Shown piece after piece: positions 1 through 12,060 of a stretch of 64,000 nt of DNA. Source of the stretch: Antedon mediterranea. Taxonomy: Eukaryota; Animalia; Echinodermata. Under the pieces are notes generated by a model. The model was given only the letters and a program-made list of their open reading frames with translations. It ran no database searches and was not told the DNA's origin. Every line of letters starts with the position of its first letter. Position 1 is the stretch's first letter. The position numbers were made by a program, and so were the translations under genes. The DNA lies in contig NC_092671.1 of NCBI RefSeq assembly GCF_964355755.1, positions 32,622,304 to 32,686,303 on the forward strand, written 5' to 3'.

Positions 1-169
1 AAACATGATGTGTTTCTATCCAGTCTAATGGCACATTTTGTACAAGAATGGCCGATAGTATGGTTATTGACCTTTAAACTACAGCATAGGCCTACTGTAT
101 ACTGAATATAATATAATTGCATAACTATGAAATTATTTATACACAATAATAATTAGTAAAATTATAAAA

Positions 170-465
170 TTCACTGCCATCAAATATGATGTGTTATGAT
201 TTATATAGATAAAAAAAAAATTGAACACGCAAGTTACATTTGTTGAAATTTGAAATTACCTGCCATCAATATAATGGAGTATGATTATAGATTTTTTTAA
301 ATGTGAACATGTCAGCTACATTTGGAAATTACCTGCCATCAATATGATGGATTATGATTATAGATTTAAAAAAGAATTTGAACACATAAGCTACATTTGA
401 AAATTACCTGCCATCAATATGATGGATTATGATTATAGATTTTAAAAAGAATTTGAACACGTCAG
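170..465. repeat. Tandem repeat, about 74-bp unit, about 4 copies
   Basis: CTGCCATCAA(T)ATGATGG...TATAGAT...TTGAACAC recurs at about 174, 260, 333 and 407. Confidence 0.8.
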
Positions 466-684
466 CTCTGGTATGAAAAGTATGTTATTATATGTCAACC
501 AGAGCTATGCTCACTGAACCGTAAGAACGAGTTAGTCTCTACTTCTTGTAGACATAGGAAAAAATTCTTACTAAGTTGCAGATCCAAACAGTTTATCTAA
601 AACAATAGGCTATTGTATACGACTTCCTGATGACTCACTTCTATTAAGCACTATGAGACAACTGTGTCACTTATGTTTTATATT

Positions 685-2924
685 TCACCTGAAGAGTGCG
701 GCCAGCTACATGCTGGTCGTACGAAACAAATCGTCACCGTCACCACGAAGTGACACTAACCTAAAAATCTGTAATTTTTGAAAAATTTTTTTTTTCGATA
801 TTTTGATTATGTATATCAAACTCTATGTTTTCACAAAATCTAAACTTTCAAATATCATTAATTAACTAATTACATTAATTAGACAATATAAAAAAACACC
901 ATCATATGGAATTTGCGTTTTCACGAAGTGACACTATTTATTAAATACCCGTATGTGCTGCTTGCCAGCGCCACACGGGTAATGAATTTTGCGCGTTTGT
1001 TTACTGTTTTGGCCTAGCCTACAGCCTAGCTAGGAGGATCTGCTCGCACACTCCAGAACATTGCATTTTATCAAGAAAGACGGTAAGTTAATTAGTTTAT
1101 TTAAAGAATTTTAGTCCGCTCAGATATCCGTCATGTCGAGGCCTATTATATATTTATTTTATAATTTATAAAACAGTAATTTGACACACTTTTAGCCTAG
1201 GCCTAGTACTAGCTAGGCATAATAATAGGTAGGCCTAGGCCTACTTTACTTTTCTGTGACGTTTAGGCATAACTAGCTGGCCCAGATCTAAGTAGGCCTA
1301 ACAAACTAGAGTATGTGTATGCCCAGGGAATAGTAGTAGTAGTACTTAGACTACTACTTGGCTTGATAGAGTAGACTCTCTATTCTAGGCTAAACTACTC
1401 TGCTTGATTTTTAACAATAAGAAATCACTGTTAAAATGTGTTTTTTGTTTTCAGAACAGTTTCAAGAAAATAAGATAAGGGGCAACAATCGAAATTCGAT
1501 CAACAAGCAATCTGTCTACCTCAATTTAAGGGAGAAGGTATCAAGTCCAAGGTTTAAAAAGGGGAGGTGTAGGCAGCCTGTAGCAAGTGTTTATGTTATA
1601 TGAGCATTTTAGAGGATGTGTACATCACAGAACAATGGATTGAATAAATTAAAAAGCATACTGATATAGAAGAAAATAATGTAACGACATTGATTAAGTA
1701 TTTAATGATTTATAACAATAGAGAATTATCTTCGATATAAATTAATACGGGCATAAGTATTGTATTACTGAATTATTAATTGTTCAATGTTAAAAAAATA
1801 ACTAATAAATATTTATTATAATATGGAAAAAAAAATATGAATATGTACATTATGCTTACTGTACATTCCAGATAGGCCTATTTATATGTCTATGTAATTT
1901 GTAGTTTTTATTAAAAGTGTTAAAGTAGGTCAACCTTTGTTTTTAGATTTATTTGATGTGGTTGTTTCATTTATAAATAACCTAACCCTGTCTACACTAC
2001 CAAACCATTTTGACAAAAAAAGTGTTATGTGCCCAAATATGGTAGGGATTACGCCATTGTGTCCATATAAGCACATCACATTAATGTTGGTCACATTAAG
2101 TTTGATTTTATTTATTTCAACAATATTTTACTAGAATGGTCCATCCAGTCGAAGGTGATCATTAGATAGAAAGAACCTCACAAAAATGCAATTTGATACA
2201 ACAATAACATACAACAATTAAAAATTAAATCAAAATAATAGAATTTATGAAAACTAACAAACTAAAATAATGGAAAAATGAATAGAATCAAAAAAGAAAT
2301 CAATGAAAACAATACATTAAATGGCCATCTCATTGGAGATGGCCATGCAATAAACAAGGAAGAGATAGTTCTTGAGCAAAAATGTGATGGAAAAGGAAGA
2401 TGAAGCAAGTCGGATAGTGCAGGCAAGACTTAAAAGAGACATGACTGTTTGTAATGTATATATAATAGTGTTCACTTATCAAGGACCATACATAATTGTT
2501 ATGATGTAAGATCATTGCATTGGAAAGCTATGAATTACACAGTAGTGTCACTTCCAACGCACTAGAAATACGCGGTGAAATGGAATTTGCGGTTTCACGA
2601 AGTGACACTAACTGCATTAGTGTCACTTCGTAAGCGTAAACTGCGTAGGGAAATGATTTTTTCGGTTTCACGAAGTGACACTAATGTTTAACTTTAATTT
2701 ACTTGGTAAATAATTAATATGATTAAAATTAAATTAAAGTAATGGGTAGCTGGATTGTCTAACTTTGTATGTATGTAAATTAAAAATCTTAGTGACATTT
2801 TTTGAGGACGAAATCGTGTGTTTTGTGAAGCTCGTTTCTTCAATCGCGTTTTTCTCGAAACGCTGTTTTCATCAATTACGCGGTTAGTGTCACTTCGTGG
2901 TGTCGACGACGAAATTTGTAGTGA
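685..2924 (+). ncRNA. Type-I hammerhead ribozyme of the Penelope-like minimal class, split by a transposon (5' part 685-731, 3' part 2916-2924)
   Basis: TCAC-CTGAAGA-GTGCGGCCAGC(TACAT)GCTGGTCGTAC-GAAA-C. Removing 732-2915 restores palindromic stem III CAAATTTG, cleavage triplet GTA, and GTGA that pairs with TCAC (stem I). Confidence 0.85.
732..2911. mobile_element. Non-autonomous TIR DNA transposon, Sola-like (4-bp AAAT TSD)
   Basis: 30-bp TIRs CGTCRYCGWCACCACGAAGTGACACTAACC (27/30 match); AAAT at 728-731 and 2912-2915; subterminal copies of CACGAAGTGACACTA at about 922, 2597 and 2670, inverted copies at about 2544 and 2619; no transposase ORF. Confidence 0.85.
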
Positions 2925-3025
2925 TTAAAACAAGGAAGTAACCAAGTTTTCTGCTGTTATACTGAAATTTAATTAATTAATTTTAAACGATAAAGATGAA
3001 GAAATCTGTGAGAATGAGAAAAAGT

Positions 3026-3097
3026 CGCCCCAACCGAGACTCGAACTCGGACCGCCTGCTTGATATGCAGATGTCCTAACCATTAGACCATTGGGGC
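3026..3097 (-). tRNA. tRNA-like gene, anticodon AUC (Asp-like), copy 1; probably repeat-borne or non-canonical
   Basis: GCCCCAA-TG-GTCT-AATGGTTA-GGAC-A-TCTGC-ATATCAA-GCAGG-CGGT-CCGAG-TTCGAGT-CTCGG-TTGGGGC-G: full cloverleaf, A and B boxes, T5 run just downstream; A32 is non-canonical. Confidence 0.65.
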
Positions 3098-3389
3098 TTT
3101 CATGGTATTGTTCGAACTCGATTGGATAGCGACTCTTTAACATTCTCGGCGTGGTACGGCGGAACAGCACTAGTCCTCCGTTGTACCCACGCGCACCAGA
3201 GATCAAATTGATACGCCCTCATCTTACAGTATTTTTATTCACGAGGCGGGATATCCGAAGAGATACTTTTATATATATAAACAAATCAGGCAAAGAACAT
3301 TAATTCTAAACCGCCCGGTGATATACTGAAATTTAATTAATTAATTTGAAACGATAAAGATGAAGAAATCTGTGAGAATGAGAAAAAGT

Positions 3390-3461
3390 CGGCCCAACCG
3401 AGACTCGAACTCGGACCGCCTGCTTGATATGCAGATGTCCTAACCATTAGACCACTGGGGC
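3390..3461 (-). tRNA. tRNA-like gene (AUC), copy 2
   Basis: Same as copy 1 with an acceptor-stem mismatch and a G-U pair. Confidence 0.55.
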
Positions 3462-3753
3462 TTTCATGGTATTGTTCGAACTCGATTGGATAGCGACTCT
3501 TTAACATTCTCGGCGTGGTACGGCGGAACAGCACTAGTCCTCAGTTGTACGCACGCGCACCCGAGATCAAATTGATACGCCCTCATCTTACAGTATTTTT
3601 ATTCACGAGGCGGGATCTCCGAAGAGATACTTTTATATATATAAACAAATCAGGCAAAGAACATTAATTCTAAACCGCCCGGTGATATACTGAAATTTAA
3701 TTAATTAATTTGAAACGATAAAGATGAAGAAATCTGTGAGAATGAGAAAAAGT

Positions 3754-3825
3754 CGCCCCAACCGAGACTCGAACTCGGACCGCCTGCTTGATATGCAGAT
3801 GTCCTATCCATTAGACCACTGGGGC
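3754..3825 (-). tRNA. tRNA-like gene (AUC), copy 3
   Basis: Same as copy 1 with a G7-U66 wobble and one D-loop change. Confidence 0.55.
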
Positions 3826-4064
3826 TTCCATGGTATTGTTCGAACTCGATTGGATAGCGACTCTTTAACATTCTCGGCGTGGTACGGCGGAACAGCACTA
3901 GTCCTCAGTTGTACGCACGCGCACCAGAGATCAAATTGATACGCCCTCATCTTACAGTATTTTTATTCACGAGGCGGGATCTCCGAAGAGATACTTTTAT
4001 ATATATAAACAAATCAGGCAAAGAACATTAATTCTAAACCGCCCGGTTTATATATATATATATT

Positions 4065-4136
4065 TTACCGGAGAAATCTTATGTAGGAGAATTTTACAGT
4101 AGGCGGAGGTATGCCCTCTCGGAGTGGCTTTCTAGT
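4065..4136 (+). mobile_element. 3' terminal fragment of a Helentron/pearl-like non-autonomous element
   Basis: TTTTACAGTAGGCGGAGGTATGCCCTCTCGGAGTGGCTTTCTAGT, homologous to the 3' end at about 42752-42787. Confidence 0.6.
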
Positions 4137-4496
4137 TTTCATCATGTTATTATAATACGTAGGCTATAATGTGATGGCAAAGGTTACAGTATTTCAGAAA
4201 CTATGATGATCGACATTTCAAAAGTACAGCTACATAAAGGCTTTGCAAATTGTTTTCGGAAATTAGGTGTGTTTAATATTTAAAAAAATCTTCCTTTCTG
4301 AAATATACACACAATTAAATACTGTTCCCTAAACAAACTAAGCTTCGTAATTGTAGTTTTGCGTCAGGGAGTTGAGTAATTAGATGTTTTGCCCTACTCT
4401 GACTCTGACTTTATACTAAGTACATTTGAGAATACTTGCGAAAAAATTCGCAAGTAGTTTACTTGGGCTCGAATCTAACCACTAGCCATCAGCGCA

Positions 4497-4569
4497 AGCT
4501 CGGTGGTCTAGAGGTATGCACGCCAGGCTAGTGATCTGGAGGTCGTGGGTTCGAGTCCCACCCGAGAAC
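4497..4569 (+). pseudogene. tRNA-derived sequence (anticodon AGU, Thr-like), SINE-head type, with an inverted truncated copy at about 4447-4487
   Basis: TGGTCTAGAGG A-box, GGTTCGAGTCC B-box, CCAGG-CTAGTGA-TCTGG anticodon arm; only 5 bp of acceptor stem and a broken D stem. Confidence 0.6.
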
Positions 4570-6338
4570 TACTTGCGAATCAAATTGATACGCCCTCACC
4601 TTTCTATATAAATCCAAAGGCAACAAATTACTGAAAAAAATGACAATGCTGTGGGTAACAGTGGCTGGATCTCAATGGAGATACAAAAATAAAAAGCGAA
4701 AAGCTAAATCAAAACGATAAAGTAAACAGCCAGAAAAGTTAGCAGAGCTTTCGGGCAACACTAGCCCTTCATCAGTGCAAGTGAAGGAATTTGGATAACG
4801 TCATAGTATAAAGCTGGCAAGTGCAAATCAGGCAAAGAACATTTGCCTGATTTATATATATATATTATCGCAAATAGCTTAATTTCGTGAGGAACGTCAT
4901 TGCACAATGCGGAATAGGAAGGGTTTGGGATTAAACGACACGACGCGTACGTACAAACAACAAATGTCGTGTCGTGTTTGATCCCAAACCCTTCCCACCA
5001 TGCGTCGCATACGCTATTTCCGATAAATCTGATTGATTTTTCTTTCTCTCCCCTTCTTTCTCTCCCTTCTGAACATTGACTTTGGACAAGCATGGACAAA
5101 ATACTTTGCCACCTGATTTAATCTATTTATTCATGTCCTAGCTATAGCATCTAGCTTAATAAACGTATCGATAAAAGAATTATATCTGGAGGTCCGTTTT
5201 GCTCTCGTTCCTCGCGCTTATTTCCATTCTAAATATATTTAAACGTTATGACGCTAATTCTCTTCAATTATATTATATTTTATTTTAATTATATAAACTA
5301 TAACAATGTTGTAGCATTTACAAAGTCCATGATGGTTTGCCATTCGGTGTTTTTAACAGGAAATAAGGTGTAGGCTAACAACAATTAACACTCGTTCTTC
5401 TGTGGTAAAAAAAAAGACCAGAATATTTTCTACAAATTGTTACCAAATTATCAATTTTTCCAGTTACTGAAAAAAGAGCAATATACCAATCAATCCATAA
5501 AGATACGTTAAGCAGCCATACTGTTGGAAATCAATCAGTCTAAAGACGTAACATTTAATACTTCTGAAATTAAAATGTTACAGTACGGAGATGCTGTATT
5601 TATTCTGGTAGATGGCTCTCACAAATCACTCAATAAAATTCTGGATTTGAAATAAAGCATGAATCATGTTTCTATTTAGGCCTAAATTTCAAAACTTAAG
5701 TGCGTTTATTGGGGGAAAACACAACTATCTGCGAGGAGGAAGTAAAAAAAACAGAAACTAACTATTAGTTATAAAAAAAACCCCTAAAGAATACATCACT
5801 AACTTCAGTCGCTCTTCTTCAGTAACGACATCGGGTAAGTTGTATATCAATACATTTTGTTAAAGAAAAAAAGACTAAAGCTGCTTTAACATTGCAGCTC
5901 TCAGAAAAATATCGTGGAAAATAAGAAACAGTAAGCACGAATGCTTGACACCGGATTCGTGATGGATTTGAAACGCGCTCAACGCTCGCAATATTTTTCT
6001 CAGGGATCCGGAACGAATCAAAATGAGATGTGAAAGCAGATTAAAAAGGGAAAAGACAAACAATAGTAAAAAGCGGGGAAAAAATAAAGACAACATTAAA
6101 AAGAAAACATTTTTTAAAATAGAGGGAAAAAAGAATAAAGAAAAAAATATTTAAAATAAAGGAAAGAAGAAAGAAAGAAAGAAAGAAGTTGACTGTGTAA
6201 TTAATATTTATTCATTTTGTTCCGCCGGTTTGTTGGTTATTGTTCAGGCTTATTTGGTGCGTGCTGTCAAATACACAACTGTTGTTATACGTTCTACATA
6301 GATCTCAATAGCTTGGAATATGTATTCAACTTTCTAAA

Positions 6339-6464
6339 AGCTCTGTCTACACTATCAAACTTTACGTTAAAAAATAATGTCACTACCAAATTTGGGCATA
6401 TCGCCATCATTTAGCACATTTAGTTTTTTTGTGTAAAACTAGTTTGATAGCTGTAGACGGAGCT
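6339..6464. mobile_element. Short MITE, PIF/Harbinger-like
   Basis: TIRs AGCTCTGTCTACACTATCAAACT / AGTTTGATAGCTGTAGACGGAGCT; a related fragment lies at about 1985. Confidence 0.6.
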
Positions 6465-7649
6465 TTACTTGAAGTTGTGCATTCTAAGTTCAAACCTATT
6501 AATAACATTATAGTTTTGCTGAATAAGTGGTGCTACAACATATTATATTACACATTTCCGTTAAGAAATAAAATTACTACTTAACTGTACTGTACTAGAG
6601 TATAATTTTGGAACAAGAATGTTTTGTATAAATTAAAGAAATATAACACTTTATAGGAATTAACTTAGCCTATCACCACAATCTACTAGACAATTTAAAC
6701 TGTTATGACTACACTCAAACGATTTTCAGATTACGTTAATGAAAATAGAGGAAATGTGAACTAATCAGAGAGGCCTTGTGTTTTCGATCAATCTGATCTA
6801 TAATATGCCGTTATCAAATTATGTGCACCATGAGCTTCAAAGGCCAGTATGACGAAAGGACAACAACAAAAATACGGAATCGCATCAATAATCATGTGTG
6901 ATACTAAGAATATTGGCTTAAGAGGTTGGATGAAACCAATAAATGCATTGACTGATTGACACATTAACAAAATGGATAAATAAAAAAAGAATATGTAGCC
7001 AAACGTACGTTACCTAATATTAGTTACCGTTTAATATCGTAATGGACCAAAGTGTAATTATTACTAATTAATGATATTAGAATAATTTGATTGGGGATGG
7101 TTAAAAGCTAATACAATTAGAAGCTCAGAATTATCAGCAGCAAGTAATCAATTTAATTTACGAAACAAAAGGCTTCCATTGTAGTACTGTATCAGTCTGT
7201 TAGTAGTACCGGGACTACCAAGTAGAGTACGTAATACTCGTTCGTGTATAAATTAACTAATCAAAAAAGGCAAGTAACGGAAAAGCAATTTGAAGTTCCT
7301 ACAAAATCTGTCCCGGCCCTTACTTAAAATGCAATTTGTAGATAATTAGCATAGCAAATACTACAATTTAAAAATTCCAAATGTAATTTGTGATTCGTAA
7401 TTAATATTATACAATTTTGTCAATAATGTATGTGTTTTTGTACTATTAACAAACATTATATGATAAATAATGTCAAATTTCACTTTTCTGCTTACGCATT
7501 TTATTGTATTATTGTACATTTGTGTATAAATTATTAAAGATACGCATATCCATCAAAGTGTAGGCCTTAATACTAATTAATGGTATTTATGCATTATTTG
7601 ATACGGGATAGTTTAAAGGTTAGTTTAAAATTAATAGATGATATTATAT

Positions 7650-7945
7650 AACACCTATATAAATTCCTGTCATTTGATTGGAAGAATGTGGGTCACATGG
7701 CGTGCAATAGTACGCACTATTCAACGATCGTTAAATAGTACTTTTTAAAATAACTAGAATTTATTTAGATGTTATATAAAACAAATAATGAATGTTTTGT
7801 ATTCGTGTAATGGTACAAATAATGGCACTTGGTGAATGATGAAAGGTTATATCAACTCGGCTTTGCCTCGTTGATATAACCTTTCATCATTCACCTCGTG
7901 CCATTATTTGTACCATTACACTCATAAACATTCATTATTTGTATA
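7650..7945. mobile_element. Palindromic non-autonomous element with a long terminal hairpin (Crypton-like by architecture)
   Basis: Inverted arms of about 75 bp (7783-7940) around CTCGGCTTTGCCTCG; upstream TGATTGG motif. Confidence 0.55.
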
Positions 7946-8387
7946 TTAGTTAATCAATCTACTGTAAATAACTGTACATTCTATTAAGCTCTATAATAGT
8001 TGAATGCTTTATGGATATTATTGCTCCATGATGATTTTTTTTTCTTTCAATTTTTAACCGGCTGTTTTCATGTGTGCAGAATACAGACTGCTTAGCAGTC
8101 TAACTTCTTGGATGAGTGTCTAACCCTGAAGATATTCAAAACACAAACTAAAATTACTATTATTCAATTCAATTTTTTTCGATTCAACTTTTATTTCAGA
8201 CAATTGTCCATATGGTATAATACATTACAGAGAAAACAAAAAAAGATGAAGGAGAGAGGACCAAAACTTTTATCTATTGGTATATAATGCCTCTTTCCAT
8301 TTGTAGTACATGTTTGAATCCATCAACAAATATTTATATACAAATTAACATTCTGTTTTCGCTTTTCATTATTCTTGTAAGAAATCC

Positions 8388-10817
8388 TCAAATATTCATA
8401 AAATGATGGAATATTGTATTCCACAAACAAATTCCTTGCACTAACAAATCTGGGTTGTCCCAACAACCTCCGGAAAGCATCATTATAACAAACTTTATGT
8501 CGGTTGATATCTTTTTTAAAATGATTAGACCATAAAGGAGAACAGTACTACTAGTAATACAATATGATCTGAACAAAAACATTTGATTGATTTGGAGCAG
8601 TATATAAATTTCCTACATAAAACATTAACTCTAATACATAGAGGTCTATATTGGCGTTTTATATCTGCTTCATCTCTTAGATTCGAAGTTAAAATATGGC
8701 CTAAGTACGTAATTAACATACTCCAGCGCCTTATCACCCAATACTGTTTTAGGAGTCACATAGATACTACGAATAGTGGGACAAAGCATAATTGATTAAA
8801 ACATACATTGTTAAAATAACATCCATATCTACTTTTACCAAGAGACGTACTTAGAGTGTCAACATATATATTGTATAATAGAGGAGACATTACACTCCCT
8901 TGCCTTACACCATTTGTAACTGGGAAACTATCCGATAAACAGTTACCCCATCTGACTAGAAACCGTTGTTGTTGATACCAGGACACAAGGAACCTAATCA
9001 CAACAAGAGGCATATTTCTCTCAATAGGCCTAAGCCTTCTGAACAATGGCCAGTGGTTAACTCGATCAAATGCTTTGCTTGAGTCGAAAAAACAGGCATA
9101 TACCGGGATACTATTGCGGATATAGAAATTGATTATTTGTTTAAGAACAAAAATACATGTATCAGTTGAATACTGGGATTTAAAGGCAAATTGATAGTCA
9201 TTAGTACTAAGTGAATTATTACAAAAATTGATAGGAAGTATCTCAAAAACTTTCTTACTTTTAACAATAGGAACAAGGATGACATTCACTAAGTCTTTCA
9301 CAGCAAATCCGTGTAAGCATAGACTTATAACATTTACTTAAGAGAACAAACAATCGTTTGTTAACAAATTTAAGGTGTTCGGCTGCCAAGCCATCAAACC
9401 CAACGGCTTTCCCCTGAGAAAGCTTATTTATACAATCAGATATATCATTAACTGTAATACAATTATAACCTTTACCATCAATACATTGATTTAGAGTATT
9501 ACTGACAAATTCTTTATGACCATCATTATTAACACAGTTAAAAAGTGATTCATAGTGATGAGCCCAGAGATTACAAATATTAGAATCTCCTCTAACATCA
9601 TCAATAACATCAGTGTTTGGCGAACTTTTATTAAGTCGTCTCACTAGATCCCAAAATTGATCATAATTATTATTACTAATGGAATTAGCCAGAGAATTAG
9701 CCCTGAATTGCTGTTCATTAGTCCTACACACTTTCAAAGCTAATTTGAATCTTGATCGAGAAACCCGCATGGACTCATATAGAGGGCCGACTCTGGGTTG
9801 CCCATTGGACTTCCACAATAAAAAAGCTTCTCTAGTGATGTGATGTACATCAGCTACATGCTCATTTCAACCTGGAATGACATTGTAATTTTTACCCTTA
9901 TCTTCAGCTAAGCAAGTATCAGAACAGTATTTCAGACACCCAATGATATCATTATACAGACAAGTAATTGCATTTCTATGATTACAATTATAACAATTAA
10001 AATCGGTACACGGTAAGTGAAGGACAAATGTTAATTCTACTCAACATGTTTTCTGTAAGAGATTGGTAATAATTAATAGAAGATTGTTTTACATTAGACC
10101 AATTGACTGTCCTGTTGGAATTTAAATTATAGTGCCTCTTCTCCTGATCATTAACACTTTCTCTATTAAGAATAATATCATAATTAAAAGTCAATGGAAA
10201 ATGATCAGAAGTAATATAATCATATAAAATATTAATATCTCTAATACATTTATGAGCACTGTCTGACGATATAATATGATCCAGCCAGCTCGTAGAACAA
10301 TGCACATCACTGACAAAAGTATCATCAAACATATCAGAAGACATACCGAAATATTCAAGATCAGTTATTGCATATTACCATCGTGAGCAAAATCAATAAG
10401 TTCTTTACCAAAACATTTGTTAAAGTCAGAAAAATCTCCTATTATAACAAATTTATTAGAATCAAATTCGTCAGCTTGGATTTTACCCATATATTCTAGA
10501 AATTCATTGTAATTCTCCTCCTTATCACACGGAAGATAAACGTTAACAAATAGTGTACGTTTGTGATTCTTACCGATCTCAAGCCCAACAAGCCTTTTAT
10601 CGTCAGATGTGTCTACAGCAGACACACTTATACAATCGAAGTCAAGGTGGAATGCCTTTAGAATATGAAGCTCCTCATTAAGCAACCAGTGTTCCTGGAT
10701 AGCAATTATATCATAGAATGAACAAAGATCATATAATTCTACGGTACTAGACTTAAAAGATCTGCAATTATATGATATGCATTTTAAAGTTTTACTGTTT
10801 GAATTACTAATCATCAT
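8388..10817 (-). pseudogene. LINE ORF2 (APE endonuclease plus reverse transcriptase), fragmented
   Basis: Six ORF pieces with APE and RT motifs in the expected order; the catalytic YADD region is absent. Confidence 0.85.
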
Positions 10818-11672
10818 TTTTTTTTAAGGTTTACTTTAGATTCATAATATCTACGAATTATAGCATACTGAGGCCATAGATTAGTTTCATTTACAATATA
10901 CTTTTCATTATATTTACACTCAACCATAAAGGATGAGCAATCTGTCGTTTTACAAGGTAAGGTTTTAACTACAACATCGAGCTTACATTTTCTTTTAAGA
11001 TACATCTTGATATCATCAGCTTCAGTGTGTGTGTCAGAACTCATGTTTCCAATATATATTTTATAAGGTGGAGGAGTTCTGCTTTTCAACTCTAATCCCA
11101 CACCTGTACCCCGTTTAAAGTTGGATTTACGTCGCTGCGAGCGTCGCTCGTACAATCGGAACGGCTGCTTATTGGACGACTCATCTGTGGCCGGGGCTTG
11201 GTTGAGTAGAAACGTAGCTTCTTCGTTGACAAGGAAATTTCCCCTGTTAGAAGGATTTCCCTCATTTCGTACACTACACATGCACAGATGTCAAGGTGGT
11301 ATCATTCTCATTCTGCTTATATACCGATTGTTTTACTGTAGGCCTACTGGACCGCGTCGCGTTAGATGCTACTACATCTGCAAAAGATTTCCTACATACA
11401 TTTCGATAATTGAATTCGGCAGGAACAATGTTTTTCTGTTGATTTTCCATTACATCTCTCACTTGCTGTGCTAGTTTACATCGTTGGTTAGTACCATAAG
11501 CAATATCCGCTCGCATTACATGAAATTCAGACCGCATCTTCTGTAACTCATTAAAGAGCATTTTCGCATCAATGTTATCCAGCGTGACTGCTGGTATTTT
11601 AGCAAGATTTGCCGCTACAAACGTGGGTACCTGCATCATATCACAGTGAACAAGGTATATATATGAACACAA
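10814..11672 (-). pseudogene. LINE ORF1 (frameshifted)
   Basis: PTFVAANLAKIP...ELQKMRSE coiled-coil-like segment and C-terminal RRM-like KIYIGNM...SSFMV...LWPQYAIIRRY, directly upstream of the endonuclease. Confidence 0.7.
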
Positions 11673-12060
11673 TCAATTTTGACAATAAATATCAATTTCT
11701 CATGTGATGAAGTTAGAGCCAAATTCTCCATCGAATTGCTGGTAAACGGAATACAGTTATAATGTTAGTTGGACGTTCGAAGGGGATCCTCTGCCGGTGT
11801 GCTGATCTGGTAGGCGGCGCTCAGCACTGCTGGCAGAGGGCCTGATCCGAATTTCCTCAGTTAGAGGACCAGTATAAATTCCTTTAACTTTAGGATCACA
11901 TATTAATTTCCTAAACGCTTAAGTAATGTTATGGTAATTTTCTCAAAACAGAATCAGCCACCGAATAAAGAATTAGAGAGACGCTACTTGGAGGTTCTAA
12001 AAATACATTATGTGAAATGAAATGCTAAAGCAGAATTTAAATCCAAAAAATGTTGGGCAA

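Larger units (their letters stand above)
2958..4047. repeat. Three near-identical 364-bp tandem units, each containing a tRNA-like sequence, ending at a (TA)n tract
   Basis: TATACTGAAATTTAATTAATT starts at 2958, 3322 and 3686 (period 364); the array ends at AAACCGCCCGGT followed by (TA)n. Confidence 0.95.
8160..11900 (-). mobile_element. Degenerate, nearly full-length non-LTR retrotransposon (CR1/L2-type LINE)
   Basis: ORF1 fragments at 10814-11672; APE endonuclease motifs SYNCRS, IAIQEHWL, IIGDF, WLDHII, SDHFP; RT motifs DSSKAFDRVNH, GVRQGSVMSPLLY, YLGHIL; 3' AATAAA followed by an (ATTGA)-type tail at about 8160-8195; many frameshifts. Confidence 0.9.

Noticed and set aside
626-660. CTGATGA as a second hammerhead core
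   Set aside because: No paired stem II followed by GAAA at a suitable distance.
2973-3939. Repeated 65-77 aa ORFs
   Set aside because: Non-ATG starts in most, they translate through the tRNA-like sequence, and they are conserved only because the array is young.
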